From positions 24,787,175-24,851,174 of the forward strand of contig NC_092677.1 of the NCBI RefSeq assembly GCF_964355755.1: a stretch of DNA of 64,000 bases, read 5' to 3'. Shown here one piece after another: positions 13,907-28,787 of the stretch; the first letter of the stretch is position 1, and the number at the start of each line of letters is the position of its first letter. The stretch is from Antedon mediterranea. Taxonomy: Eukaryota > Animalia > Echinodermata. The translations under genes and the position numbers were made by a program. The notes under the pieces were generated by a model, which saw nothing but the letters and a program-made list of their open reading frames with translations, did not search any database and was not told the DNA's origin.

Positions 13907-15544
13907 CAATGTATCTTCAAACCAGATGAACATTTTAAATCATAATAAAATGATTGTATTTCAAAAATTCAATGACTGTATTCTAATTATTGTTCTTAAA
14001 CTTTAGAAGATTACACTGGTTCACATAAACTGCTCGCATAAGGTCAAAATAAATTACCTAATAAGCTGTTTTTTTAAATAAAACAAAATAATCAACAAAC
14101 AAAACTTGAAACATGTTTTTGTATGAAATTTTCAACCTATTGTATTGTACAATATCCTGTCTTATTTTATATTATTTTATTTATAAAGGGTTTAATGTTC
14201 TAAATATCCAATGTATCAATTACATCAACTAGGCCACATAAATTAGAAATGAAAAACTTCAAATTAAAAGCCCCAGTCGTAGTGTTTTACTTGATAGAAG
14301 AATACAACAAAAAGAATGTGATTCGACATTGATGATGTATTTGCGTACGTGTTATTGGAGTTTGGAATTGAAAGATGCATTCATCCTCATTACAGCAGTC
14401 TTAATTGGATTCTCAAACCAGTAACTCACTGTATAATCAACAAACTCCTGACAGCTCCACTGATTAGTACTCCCTAAGTTTCTAGCCAAAAATACATTAA
14501 CACGTTTCCGGTTTAACTTGGATTGACAATGCAAAAATAAAGCCATTAGGGGGTATTATTAGTAATTAATTGCTATAAATATTATACTAAACATAATTAA
14601 GGTAAGACTGAGCTATTTCAATGTCATCTTTTAAGTACAGTAGTTCAAGTAGAAGGGAAAAATAAACATGTCTTCGTATTAATAGCATATGCCACCATAA
14701 ATATGGAATAAAATCATCGATTTGGAATATTAGCCTAAAAATAAAACGTTGCTAAAACTAAAGGATAATTTAATTTACATAATTTTGTATGGTTGTGATT
14801 TCCAATTGGTAATAAATAATGGATACAAATTTTCTCAAATGTGTTGCAAGCCTACAGTATATACAGAACAGTAGTATTATTGCAAATTTTAATTTGGTAA
14901 AGAGAGGCCGTTGTTTTCTTGATAAAAACAATTACTGTATCATATTGATAATACCATACTTTATAGTTTATACACTCTATTCTTGAAACTAAAACATTAC
15001 TGTAAAGTGTAACATTTAGTTTGCTATAAAAAGAAACTGAATGATATAAGCCATCAGAAAGCATACATCACAATTTTCATCCAGTTCCTAAATCACAAAA
15101 TCGCGTTTGTTCGTCTGACAATGGTACGCAGATTTTAAAAACACTTAGCGAAGAAGACTTTTGCAAAAAGGTTATTAAGAGAGCCTAAGCCTTATTAGCC
15201 ATTCAGAAATGATGAATTACCATGCGAATTTAAATTGACACACGTTGAAATCTGTTCACGTATTGCTCATTTCGAATCTAGATTCCTTCACAAATATTAC
15301 AACGTAACGAATCAGGTGTTGTTTTAATAGCGATTCTTATCCCAAAGGCAAATTATTTTTTAGGATTAATGATGTTATTAGGTCATTGGGTTATGACATT
15401 TGGTTGTTTTATAATGCCGAGCTTATTGTTGTCGACCATTATAAGATACATACATCTTACATTCTTTAACAATAACATTTTTTATGTATGAAATATGAAG
15501 ATTATTTTTTCATGCATTAATTAACTACAATTTTTATTTTATAC

Positions 15545-15820
15545 GGTTGTCATAATGCTTAAGTAGGATTGATGTTTGGTGAAGAAACTTAAATGTATAA
15601 AAATTGAATAAAAAAATCCATAAATTTATTCATAAATATACATTTACAAATTTTATTTTATCAGTTTTTCAAAATGCTTGAGTAGGACTGATGTTGCTAA
15701 AGAAACTTTATTATATAAAAATTGAATAAAAAAATCGATAAATTCATTCATAAATATACAGTAATATATAAAAATTTTATTTTATGAGTTTTCATAATGC
15801 TTACTGTACCGTAAGTAAGA
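15545..15820. repeat. Tandem repeat, ~120-bp unit x2.3
   Basis: tcataatgctt.agtagga.tgatgtt...aaattgaataaaaaaatc..taaatt.attcataaatataca repeated. Confidence 0.8.
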
Positions 15821-17699
15821 AAGAAATCGGGTGAAAAAACTAAAAATTTTATAATTTTGATAATAAATGTTTATTATTATTAATTATTTTAATTTTCATT
15901 ACATTAATTAATACTTAGTATATAGTAAATTACATAATGTGAATTTTTATGAGGAATGGGGTTTTTATACATTTACATTTAGATTGAACCTAGAAAAAAT
16001 GATTCTACAGTAACTATACAGTACTGCAGTAATGTATGATTTTAGTTTGTGGCAATCTTCAAGTACATGATAGTACAGTATACCACAACAAATTTGCTAA
16101 ATAATAATTGCTTTAAACAAGTTGAAGAGAAATAAAAATAATTTTACTGCAGTAAAATAATGTTGACGTGGTCCCTAATAAAAATATGTAATTGTTCAAA
16201 AATTATAAAATAAATGCATAGTAAAGAACGATATTAAATTAAATTTAATATTGAATTGAAATTATCTACTGTTAATGTTTTTTGTGACAAAAACCAATTA
16301 ACTTAGGGGAAATTCAATTTCAATGGAAATTGATAAAAAATGGAATTTGAAACCAAATTCATTATTGTCCTAACCTTGTCAGAATAATAAATTTAACAAT
16401 GGATGACCCAACTTAAACATTTTATGTCAGAATTAAAGTTTATTTTATCATAAATCTGACAAGAGATAAACCAACCAAATATAAAACTCTTGTAAATTTA
16501 TTATGATTCTTTATATTAGGAAAATTTACGCTTTGATTTAAGATGAAAAGATGACCGTTTTAAAGATTTTATGACATCAATATCAAGATAAAACATATAC
16601 TAAACAATAAACAAAATGTTTGTATCGTTTTGTAATGGGTTCATTTGCTGTCCAAAACAATTTAATATCATTTTTTATTTAACTTGCCAATAGTATAATA
16701 CTGAAAATCTCAAAAACAAATATGTTCTGTACCACCAGCGAAAAATATAAAACTTGTTTTTTTGTTTCTTTTTTGGAATGCTGTTCTCTTTGTTTAAGAT
16801 CACAGAACAGAAAAATTATCCCATTATCGCATCCTATTGTCTGTCCCTAACGTCTCTTAGATATTCTAACCCCTATGTGACCGTTTTTACACTGGAGGGT
16901 CCAATTCATTAAAAGTCTAACAATAAATTATAAATCACAATTTTATGTCAATGTGTCACAGAAGGAATTGAAACATTTAGTGTGTGAAATTTAAATTGTA
17001 GCTAGGCGAATGGTTGCCGGGCAGATTTAAAAATTCACCCAATCAATCATAGGAAGAATAATTAGGCTATCAAAATCGATAGTTATTAAACCAAATTTTT
17101 TATTCATTTTTGTTATGAATAATTGATTGGTATTCACGATGCATTTAAATTATGATTCATAAAGATTTCAAAACAGATTGTAGTAGAATAATAGTGTTCT
17201 GTTAATTACAACAATTATGACATATTTTTTGAGTTAATAATTAGTTCATAAATGTGATTAAAATCATAAATTTGTAATTAAAATTTTTCAATTCCTGATA
17301 CGGATGAAAAGTACACTATAGAATGAATATGTAGGTTTGTTTTTCTGTAATAAAGAAATATTACTATGATTTATATTTTAGGATAATGACCTCATTATTC
17401 GGGTTTTTTTTCATTTTATATACTACAATGACAAAGAAGAATGAAATTAATTAATACCACTATCAGTTCAAAGTTCTCTAATTTTCGTCTACAAATAATT
17501 TCTTTTTATAAATGATATTTTTGAACCAAACAAAGAAAAATCACAATTAACCTAATAAATGTTCTAAATTATTTAAATTTACTTGATGCTTTGTTACGAA
17601 TGACCTACATACAGAGTAAAGAATTATAATTGTTGTAAAGTCTGCGCCATTTTCAACATATCCATGACTAATACATCTTTTTTTAACAACAAAAAATAA

Positions 17700-18075
17700 T
17701 TATTGATAGAAACATGATTGACATATTGATTAATTATTGATAAATATTGATTAATCATTGATATTGGTCAATCAATTGCTGATGCACATACATATTAATC
17801 AGTAACACATTGATTATTGATGAATATTGATTATCGTTGATATTGGTCAATTAATTGTTTATTAATCAGTAACACATTGACTATTGATGAATATTGATTA
17901 CCATTTATATTGGTCAATTGTTATTAATCAGTAACACATTGATTATTGATGAATATTGATTATCATTGATATTGGTCAATTAATTGTTGATGCACATACA
18001 TATTAATCAGTAACACATTGATTATTGATTCATATTGATTATTGATACAATATTAATCAGTAATATTAATCAATG
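17700..18075. repeat. AT-rich ~60-70-bp tandem repeat
   Basis: attaatcagtaacacattgattattgatgaatattgatta.cattgatattggtcaa repeated ~5 times. Confidence 0.85.
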
Positions 18076-18606
18076 AATTATTATAAAACAAAAATTATGA
18101 GAGTGATTTACTTATTGATCTGAAAATGGGTTTTCTATTAAAAGAAAATGACAAAGGCCTTTAGGGAGTTAAACAAAGTACAAACATAAGTTGACTCATT
18201 AAACATTAATATCAACCTTTGTAATAATATAAAGTACAGTAATAATAGTAATACTACACCAATAGTGCAGTGGTAGCTAGTAATAAGTATTAAGACTAGA
18301 TGGTTCTCGAATACACAGTAATTTCAGCGTAAAAATATGCTTTTTTTAATGTACGTACTGCAGGACGATAATAGTTATTATTGTTTACAGAAACAAATAA
18401 ATAGACACGATGATTTATGTATTAAACTGAAATTAGCACACTGGGAATTACTTCCGAAAGAGAAACTTGTCAAACCCAATTTGTGTTTTGTGTGTAACAT
18501 TAGTTTTGAGGGATGGGGAAGAGGATATGGGTACAAAGAAGAACAATGTTTTAATATATTATTTATCTACTCAGTAACGAAATATGTTTTTCACTTTGAT
18601 AGGCCT

Positions 18607-19075
18607 ATAAATAATATACCACTTGATACAGTAACACATTTGCGATTTAATACTTTGTTAAAACTGTCACTGTTATAGTCCATTGAAATAGCATGTACAT
18701 GTAACGATACACGTACCACTACAACGTTTATATTCTTTGTAATTATTAATTAATACAAACGTTGAGAAGCAACTGTCAGTAGTACAGTTTATTTGTATAT
18801 TGTATGTTTTATATAACAGTAGGGCCTACTCACAGGCCTATAATTTATAAATAATATACCACTTGATACAGTAACACATTTGCGACTTAATACTTTGTTA
18901 AAACTGTCACTGTCATAGTCCATTGAAATAGCATGTACATGTAACGATACACGTACCACTACAACGTTTATATTCTTTGTAATTATTAATTAATACAAAC
19001 GTTGAGAAGCAACTGTCAGTACTACAGTTTATTTGTATATTGTACGTTCTATATAACAGTAGGGCCTACACTCAC
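18607..19075. repeat. Near-identical tandem duplication, ~240-bp unit x2
   Basis: ataaataatataccacttgatacagtaacacatttgcg...ataacagtagggcctac at ~18607 and ~18847. Confidence 0.92.
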
Positions 19076-19950
19076 AGTAATACGTTTATTTGAACATGAT
19101 TGTGTTATACATCTAACAGTACCCACACTCACAGTAAATTCAATGGCGACCACAAACGTATTTACAGTAATGTCCAAGTATTGCAATACTTATCTATATA
19201 TAGGTTTTAGGTTAATTCCCCAAGGGCCAATAAATTTACCTACAGCTGGTGGTACTTGTGTTAAAGCAAAGAGTTATTATTGGAATGTTCCATTCATCGG
19301 AAATCAATACATTTGTATAAATGTATATTAAATCTATCAAAATAGTATGTTTTTAAGAAAATAGGTCTGTCTTCAACATTATGATGCTGTACTCGAGCTG
19401 TTCAACCGGTTTTCATCCATTAAAAACAATTATCGTAGGAGGAGATAGGAAAATGCGAAGCATCCTCGTATTATTGTATGCGGGTATTTTTCAAGATAGA
19501 CATGCATTGGACAGTGTATACCACGATCGGAAAACACCCCTATTTGGGGCAAATCGTTGAACCTAAATTCGTTTTAATCGACAATAACTAATTATCGAAC
19601 TCCATTTAATTAGTAAACAGGGTTACATCAGGTGGTTAAAATCAGTATCGAAAGTACAAACCAACTTTATATACCATCGTCGAGTAAACATTCTAGAAGT
19701 AAGGCCCGATTTACCGAATTTTGCCCTTACGTAAATTTATATATAGATGCTGTTTTACTTGGATTCTTAGATAATACCTTTTGTATAGAGTACTCTAATA
19801 GTGCAGTAGTGGTATAACTTAATAAATTCAAAATTTTTAGTACCTTTTTTAAACAGAATATTAATTTTTTTTTAAAAAACATCATTTAATGAAGAACAAT
19901 AATTTAAACGGTTATGTCGAGCGGCGTTTTTTGTAAGAAATATTTCTTGT

Positions 19951-20117
19951 TTAGTACCTGAGTACTATATTGTTTGAAGGTTTGTATAGCGAAATCTGAT
20001 GTTGGTATAAAGTTTGCAGTACACCACGTATATTAGTTCTGAAAAGAACTGTTCTTTTCAGAACTAATACATGTGGTGTACCGCAAACTTTATATTATAT
20101 CAATACCTCAGTACTAA
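19951..20117. mobile_element. Internally deleted palindromic MITE (44-bp arms, 1-nt loop)
   Basis: 20006-20094: tataaagtttgcagtacaccacgtatattagttctgaaaagaac-t-gttcttttcagaactaatacatgtggtgtaccgcaaactttata. A related copy with a spacer lies at ~63813-63945. Confidence 0.85.
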
Positions 20118-22504
20118 AAGTAAAAATAGCAGTTAACGTTTGGTTCTATTGGTTAGAATTGTGAAATTATTTTGGTCCCAAAATTAATTAAAGGAAGATC
20201 TCCTGAATTAGCCGTTTTATGAAAAGACTAACTGATTATAAAATATGTTGCTACTTGGTTCAGAAATATTATATCCAAACAATGAGGCATTATGTAATTC
20301 CTGTGAAAAACGCTGTTATGCTTGATGTATGTGTGTGTGAACACACTCCTATAAGCAAACAAGCACCTGCTTCTTATCGTTCTAAAATAGACAGCCAACA
20401 GATCAAAATGTCACATATATTTTTGTTAGCTTACTTAAAGAAATTACTAATAACATTTTGTATTCTTTTTAAAGTATATTCACCAACAGGGACGTATATC
20501 GTTGTGGGTTAACATATCAAAATGTCAAAACACACTGCAGTAGTAAGGCACTGAATAAACACAACCAAATTGGATGGCAGCGGGAGGCGGGATAAAGGAT
20601 GCAATCATAATAAAGAAGAAAAGAAAGAAACACTTAACAAAATGAATACAAATGATGAAACATTATGTAAGAACAAAGAAACTATTGTACTTTACGCTTA
20701 AGTGAAAATTAATGGTATGATTTTTTTTTTTTTTTATTATCAAGGTTAAAAATAATTTTAAAACCATTTTAATAATACTGACTGTTTCATAATTGTGTAG
20801 CGAATTAAGTACTGTTGTATGCCCGATAAGTTACCTCTTCAAAAGGGAGTATGTTGCAATACCTCTAGGGTATAATTCACACCGAATGAATTACAAATTT
20901 TTTGTGTGTAAATTTTGGAACAAAGCTTTTAAAGTTTACATTTAAACTGTTACCATAACATTGTGGGAGTTGGCATGACATGTTGTTGGGTCATCATCAC
21001 AATAAGGTCAAGTTAGTGTTGTTGTTAGGTCATCATTCACAATAAGGCCAAATGTGACCTTTAGATGACCTACAGTAATAACAAGGTGACAGCCAATGAC
21101 CAAATGGAATACCCACTGTCATAAATCGTTATACTCTGCTACTACTAAATATTAAACAAAAGATACCAATTATATTGTAATCAGAAAGAAAGTGAGAATT
21201 TCTCATTTTTTAATTGAATATGTGGAGTTACTACAAGCAATTGTATAAAGAAACGGATGTTTAACAAATTTATAAATTAAATTAGTTTGGTATGCAATAC
21301 AGTATTTCATAGTATATTACTATAATAATACTATATTATAAATATAATCAGGGTTGTAGATACAGTACGTGAACATTAATATCTTGGGGAATGGAAAAGA
21401 AGCTTCTATATATCATAATGATGAATTTTTACGTAAAAAAAGGCACTTGTAAACTTGTATTTTATATATTGCCTAATTTTCTTGTGTACCTTAGTTACAC
21501 ACATCATCATTTGTTTAGATTATGTAACATCCATCATACTTTTTTAAAGGTAACTGTTACCCTACCCCAATCCGCTTCTTTTATTCTGCAATACAAAGTA
21601 ACTCTTTTGTTCTTGATCCTAAGATCTAGTTGTCAAAGTACTTTTAAGCCTTTGTTTCTGTGTACAGTAGAGATAGACAACTTAATTTAAAAATTAGAAT
21701 AAAGAGCTTTAAAAGTACATAAAAGAGTTAATTAGTCTAAATAGTAATAGCCATGATATTAAGGGATAGTACGTTGTTCCGAATTCCTCCTGCCTGTCAT
21801 TTTATTTAACTTTTTCATTTTATATTTTGCATTTTTGTTTTGACCGACTCTAAATTTTTGTTATTCACTTTATTTTGTCTTTGAATAAATTTAAATTTAT
21901 TTAGAAACTGTATCAAACACATTTTTACTTTACTAATAGTAATACTACTAATAATACCAGTACTGTCATATTCTACAGAATAAGGCAGTCATTTCTAAAA
22001 CAAAAAAATGCATCAATAATTGAAACACTATAAGAAAAAATAATAATAAATAATGATATAATATATTTATATTTTATAAAAAATTGAAATTATTTTTTAA
22101 TTGCTTTGTACTGTATAATTGTTATATATATTGTGTATACTGAGTAATTATTGAGACATTTCTAAATCTGTTTGGACAAATACAAGTTATCTGTAATAAT
22201 GAAACAATAAAAACAGTGAAAAATAAATAGCAGATGGATATGAGAAGAGTTAAATCTGCCTTAAATTCTCTTTCTTTTAAAGACAAAGGCCTTTCAATAA
22301 TAAAAGCAGCCTCATTCAAAATCAAATCTTCCACTTAAATTGAACTCTACAGAATTAAGATACTATTCTAATCACTCAAAAGATTTTAGATAATTTATAA
22401 TTATTAATAAATTTTTATAACCATTTTTTATAATGGTACTATTACTACTGTACTACTAGTGAAGTTTGAGCCAACAAATGTGAATATTATAGGTACAATA
22501 CGTA

Positions 22505-22830
22505 CTAGTATTAGTCTATATAAGTACTAGTCTATATACAGTAAGTGCTAGTCTATATAAGTACTAGTCTATATAAGTACTAGTCTATATAAGTACTAGT
22601 CTATATAAGTACTAGTCTATATAAGTGCTAGTCTATATTGTACTAGTCTATATAAGCAATAGATAGTCATAACTATACAGTAAGTACTAGTCTATATAAG
22701 TACTAGTCTATATAAGTACTAGTATGTATAAATAAGCAATAGTCATAACTATACAGTAAGTACTAGTCTATATAAGTACTATTCTATATAAGTACTAGTC
22801 TTTATAAGTCATTATATATAAGTACTACTC
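22505..22830. repeat. 16-bp minisatellite
   Basis: (taagtactagtctata)n with a few inserted CAGTA. Confidence 0.92.
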
Positions 22831-24982
22831 TAGATGTTTGTAGCTGTGATGGTAACCCTGAAATTATATTCACCCTGCAGAAATGAATGAAATTATATAA
22901 ATTATATAATGTATACTGTATAAATAATTCATGTGATCAATTAAAAGATTAGTCATGTAATAGTCTAATGTAATTACTATTTAAATATTATTATTGTTTA
23001 AATTATTGTCTATAAATTTTATCAACCTCATTCATATTATTAATTAAATTTTATCAATTCTAAAAACCTAGATACCTTTTGGAAAAGATACTTATCTACT
23101 TGAAGGGGACCAAGCAATATGATAATGGAAATAAATTAGGTATTTATGGGATAAAAAACAACATTTCATAACAGCTATATAAATTCATACATAAAAATGA
23201 AATATAGATTTCTTATTTTCATCTAACAATTGAAATTTATTATTATACAACTAAAGAATCTTTTCATCTAATTTTTGTTTACCACCATCACAAAAGTACA
23301 TAGCAGAAACCTGTTGATAAACAAAAATGTAACACGCTGGATAACAATAAGTCGCATCAATCTCATGCATTTGACACATGAGAAACAATTAAGCCCTTAC
23401 CTTACGCAGATAGTTTTCAAACGCATTCGGTTCAAAGTCGGTCCCAGTTCCGATACATAAAGCCGTGTCCATGTCGAACGAAATCCAAGAAACGTAAAGG
23501 TTTTTTAATTATAGTCCACCGATTTAATCATTTGTATTAATTATCAGCAATGAAAACAAATCCGCAAGAAATGTGGAGTCGGTAGAAGCCGGAGGAAGAT
23601 GATGAAGTTGGACGTTGGATGATTAAGATAGCAGGTTTGATGTGTAACGCCCCGTAATCCAATGAGATGCTCGTTATACAAGGTTCTGCTCAAAGTGAAA
23701 AAAAATCATAGAGGAATGAAGACAACAAACAGTAACCCTGCTCCGGCTAGAACCTCCTTCAGAAAACAAAGCCCTGGTGAAACGATACGCACCGCTAGTT
23801 TCCCTCAACGCTTTCAGCATGATCTATTATCACCAAAGGGGAGAGAAGCTCTTCATATGCAAATGAGGAGGTTGGGCCTGTGCTAGACACGTGCCTTGAC
23901 AAAAGCCTGTGATAGTGATTGTTTACCCACGTGGGTACAATGTGAAATGCCATTTATCAACATAGTAAATGACCTTAGAATAGCTGATCCATTAATGAGA
24001 TGATACTCCCTCTGCTGGGATTAAAAAAGCTATTGGGAATCCTGCTAATACAGTGAAAGTACATTAACTATTAAGTACAAACCTAAATACTGAGAAATAT
24101 AAAATAATAAAAAAACAAAATCCAATGAATATAATGTTAATATTCCTAGAAATGAAGATAAAACCAATACAACTTTTTATATTAATTTTCTATTTTTTTA
24201 AATAAATACATTTTTAAATTTGTTGAAAGCTTTACAATTACAGTACATATAACATAGTTTATTATATTTTCAATTTTTAGATCTGATTTTATTTTCTGTT
24301 TTTTGTTTAATAATAAAATATTCCAAAGATTTTTTTTATTTTTAATTTGGAAAAAGTTGTTCCAATATTATTATTTATTTAAAAGATAACAATAAATATG
24401 ATGTTTAATAATAAATAGTTAATTGATACAAATACTGTAAAAAGTGTAATATCATAATAAAAATAATTATTAAACATAATATCAAATATTAGTGTACTAC
24501 TTAGTACTACCAATTCCAAATGAATACTTTTTTATAATTACCAGTTATAACCCAATTTTCTAATCATATTAAACTTATTTTAATATACCCTAAAGAAAGA
24601 GATTTAATTTCACAGTCAACTATTTAATCCACAAACGAATCACGTAAAATAACCATCATTATCCACGGCTTTATTACGATCAACTAAAAATCACTCGGGG
24701 AATTAAAGCGGTTATTTAAATACAACCCAGTAGGGATTGCGAAGACTAGTTGCAAATACCGGCAAAGAAATTTGAGATGACTAAATATTATCATGAATTA
24801 TGAAGAGCTTATTGTTATGTGTTAATGTTGTTGACATGACGATATCTAATTTCAAGCTACAATTGACTGCTCAGCTATAAGCTTTGTCTTTCGATATAAA
24901 TTATATTTGATTGTTAAAAAATTCTATTTTAAAAAAATGATAGTATACTACTTTTTTTATTATTTCCAAACTGGAAACTCCT

Positions 24983-25172
24983 AAAAAAGCTGCTATATAA
25001 ATGTATAATTTTTTTTTTTTACTTCTGATATTTATGGTAAAACCAAAAGTGAACCATTTTGGGTGTGTTTAAAAAAGCTGCTAAACTGCTATATAAATGT
25101 ATAATTTTTTTTTTTACTTCTGATATTTATGGTAAAACCGAAAGTGAACCATTTAGGGTGTGTTTAAAAAAA
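24983..25172. repeat. Tandem duplication, ~95 bp x2
   Basis: ctgctatataaatgtataa(t)nacttctgatatttatggtaaaacc.aaagtgaaccattt.gggtgtgtttaaaaaa occurs twice. Confidence 0.9.
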
Positions 25173-26486
25173 AGTTTATTTTGTTGTAGCTTTAAAAATT
25201 TCGCATTGCAGGTGGCATGAATTATGTAAATTATTCAGTATATCACAAGTCAGCAAAGGTCATCTCCCGGTTATCTTCCATAAAACAAGATAATTGTGTT
25301 GATTCGTTAATATTTGTGTGTATAATAATAATTTTGATGTTTAATTTTCAAATCAGGTCATTTTAGGACACCAAGGTCACCAAGGTCAACAGAGTGTCAC
25401 AGTAGCTTTGTTTCTGGTGTACTTTGTTAAAGTTTAATGAAGTTTAATAATAGGTCAAACGTTATTTAAAGGTCAAGGGATATGTAATACTAGTTTTAGT
25501 TTAACTAATTTTTATCAGCTTAAGTAAAGCATAAAATAGCAAAATTAAATGTTTATAAAGCTATTATTAAATTGTTCTCTTCTTGAAAAAATAATTTTGT
25601 GCAATATTTCTTTTTAAATATGCTATATTATTTTTCTATGGAAGTTATTAATTTGAAGTCTTGATTGCAAAAAGTCTTATTTTCTATGTTTTTGGGATAA
25701 AATACATCTTTAATTATGGCTTTTTGCAAATCAACATTTTTTATTTTGAAATAGGGGAGGGGGACTAAAATGGAGTGATAAACTTATCCGTCTATCTTTT
25801 CCATTATTATTTAAAATTTAGTTGTATGCCTATGTGGACCAGTTTGCCTATGTTACCATGTTCCATTTTAATATAACTGATACAAGTTATGCTATCAAAA
25901 TATAATATTTGGATGATTAATATTTTTATATCATATAAAACCTATTATTAAAATCATAAATCTGAAGATATAATTGTATCGGACTAATAAATAAAGGAAT
26001 TTACAGATGATAATTTATCATTCTTATTAAAAAATATTGTGATGGGAATTAAATAATTTCGAATTGAAAAATCATTAAAAAGTAGGGCTGCGTCAAGTAA
26101 TGATAATATAATAGCCATTGTTATTCTATAATAGATAGTATTATCATTGTGTATTGTTTTTTTTATTGACATTTACGCATTTACTATTGAGCTTCTCAAT
26201 ATCCAGTGTAGGGGACAGTGTACAGTGCAAATATTTAGCACAATTTGTGGAAGATTGTAGATTTATGTTGAGGTAGCACTATTGAGTCCATAAGAATATA
26301 GACCAAATCAAATTTACAATATAATATTGATTATAAAATTTAAGTTATAATTATAAAAAAACATTAAAATTTGTAAAATAATTAACAAAATTTGAAATAA
26401 CATGAACAATTATTTATTGTGAATTTTCATAGACATTATTTTATTGAAATATAAGAGGGTCAAAATTTTTGACATAAAGTAACACT

Positions 26487-26795
26487 TTTTTTTTTAATAT
26501 GCCATTTTAATGTAACATAATAGTTATCCACTTTGACGAAAAATTAGATCGAAAAAAAATGAATTATCTGAAAAAAATTGTACTTTAAAACAAAAAATGG
26601 TCAACTTGGCTGCCAGTCAATGGGTTTTGGTGGAATTTAACCATTTATTTTGTCATTTTATAAGTGAAAGCATTATTTTTTTTTTTTTTCTACGGAAGTG
26701 ATTAACTTTATTAAAACTACAAAATAACATAATTATTCAAAGTCTGATTTAAACAATCTTCATTTTTCATGTTTTTGGCGACAATACATCTTTAA
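26487..26795 (+). mobile_element. Truncated copy of TTAA-flanked MITE (family of 42291-42639)
   Basis: Shares taatagttatccactttgac..aaaatt.gatcg and ggctgccagtcaatgg, and the right end gacaatacatct-TTAA. Confidence 0.75.
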
Positions 26796-28611
26796 GAAAA
26801 ATCGAAAAAGAAAATTAATTTTACCGGGAAAGTGATTGGGGGCTAATCAGAAGGATCGATTCATCATGAGCCACCTAGCTGCTGTAATTTTTCACAGATA
26901 GTCCACAACTAAAGTTGTCCTGTTTAGGTACAGATTTTTTAAGGAATTTTAATTAAGAACAAATATTATTATTATTTATAATTTTCAAACTGTCAAAACA
27001 ATCAATGCAGTCACAAAATTATACAATTTAAAGAAATTTCAACCCAGATTTGCCCTTTAAATTGAATAATTCATTGTCAAACCCAACCTATCATATTGGC
27101 TGTGTTGTCATGACAACTAATTATTATTTTATACAATGAAAACAAATTCATTATTGACGAGTAAAGGTATGGCTTTCAAACTAATTAATCTTTCGGATTT
27201 AAATTGGATTCTTAATTGCTTACTAACAGATGACAATAATTAAAAATATTAATTTACTAATTTAAGTAGATGATACAAAATTAGAATTGGGTACTGGGGC
27301 CAAGGCTGAATATTGCTAGGAAAGAATACAATCAGGTAAACAATTTTTTTTAACTTGATGTTTTTTTTAATATTTCAGTGTAATACCTTTTAAAATAATT
27401 ATCATTTTTTCAGTGTTTTTTTTTTATTATATAAAACGAATTAAAATGTTTCAACTTCATTCCAATTTTCTACAATATGATTTCATTTTTTAAGCGTTTA
27501 TAAGATCATTTTTCTAAACAATGTTTTTATTTTTCTTTCTTTACTGTTAAAATTAAACTATATTTGATTTTAAAATAACTTTTTTACAAATATAAATCTT
27601 ATTTTGCATGTTATGTTAGGTAGAAATACTAAACAATTTATTTCTTTATCATTTTATTCTGGATAAGTTTTGGAAAAATGAATGCAAAATTAAAATATTT
27701 GCAAACTCACACGTAAAAATATTGGCATGCAAGTGCAGGTTTTTGTTATTCTAAGATGTAATACATCAAAATAGAAATTACAATAATTTTGGACATAGTC
27801 AATAAACATCCTATTAATTCAATATTTTTTTTTAAGTAACTGAAAATCATTGACATATCTGTCATTTTTATTATGCTTTTACAAATCACAAAAAGTGGGA
27901 TTCATCGTTGACAAAATCTGGTTAAATCCGATTCCATTAATTAACATGTCGTCACCCGTACAGTCCAGCATCCAAAGTAATTAGTCACTTTCTCCATCCC
28001 TGATATTTTAAAGGACGCAAATTTATATCCATGACTGCGTTTATTAATAAACTCCCATGAGGTTTCAAGTCCGTATATTGACTCATTGATGAGCAAGAAT
28101 TTATCCTTAAAATGGACGCTGTTCATCTTACTTTGCCTGATTTATTAACACTTTGAGTTATATGTGTATAAATCATTTGTAACGCTGTAGTCTTATAGAA
28201 AACAATTTGGCTGCGGATGCGAAATACAAGTTTTATTATTGTAATCTAATACACTATTGTGTTTTACTATTATTAATAATAGCAATATAAAACTGGTAGT
28301 ATTATTTTACATATTTTTAATAAAGAATTGATATATATTTCGTTTTTTGTGTTACGTTTTTCTACTTCTTTTGTATTATGAGTAAAATATAGAAAAATAT
28401 AAGAAAATTAATGAAAAAAAAGAAATAATATGAAATATACAAATATTTAAAAATGTTAATCAATGATCAAATTTTGATGACATTAGAAATTAAGAAAAAT
28501 GTGATAATACTGAAAATAATATGATGATTGTATGGTGATGACATGAAAGATAATATGAACGTGAATAAAAGTAATGTTTACGCCACAAAAGAAAAAAAAA
28601 ATTGAATTGAT

Positions 28612-28787
28612 CAGGGAATAATTTCGCCAGTGTAGCATAGCAAAAAGCTATACAAAACAACCTTATTGCTACACATTTATAAAATTGTGTAGCAAAAAAG
28701 ACAATACAAAACTATGTTTCTCGACTAAAAAATCAGTTTGATAAGCAATAATTGCTAAACAAAATTTTAAAATGAAATTGTTCCCTG
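28612..28787. mobile_element. MITE with CAGGGAAYAATTTC TIRs and 5-bp TSD (TTGAT)
   Basis: ttgat|cagggaataatttc ... gaaattgttccctg|ttgat, with internal repeated tagca/tgcta motifs. Confidence 0.75.

Noticed and set aside
23100-23113. 14-nt match to miR-133 (minus strand TTGGTCCCCTTCAA)
   Set aside because: The 3' part diverges and there is no complementary arm for a hairpin. At most a chance match or a target site in an unproven transcript.
26269-26280. let-7 seed-like TGAGGTAG
   Set aside because: Only the seed matches; no precursor fold.
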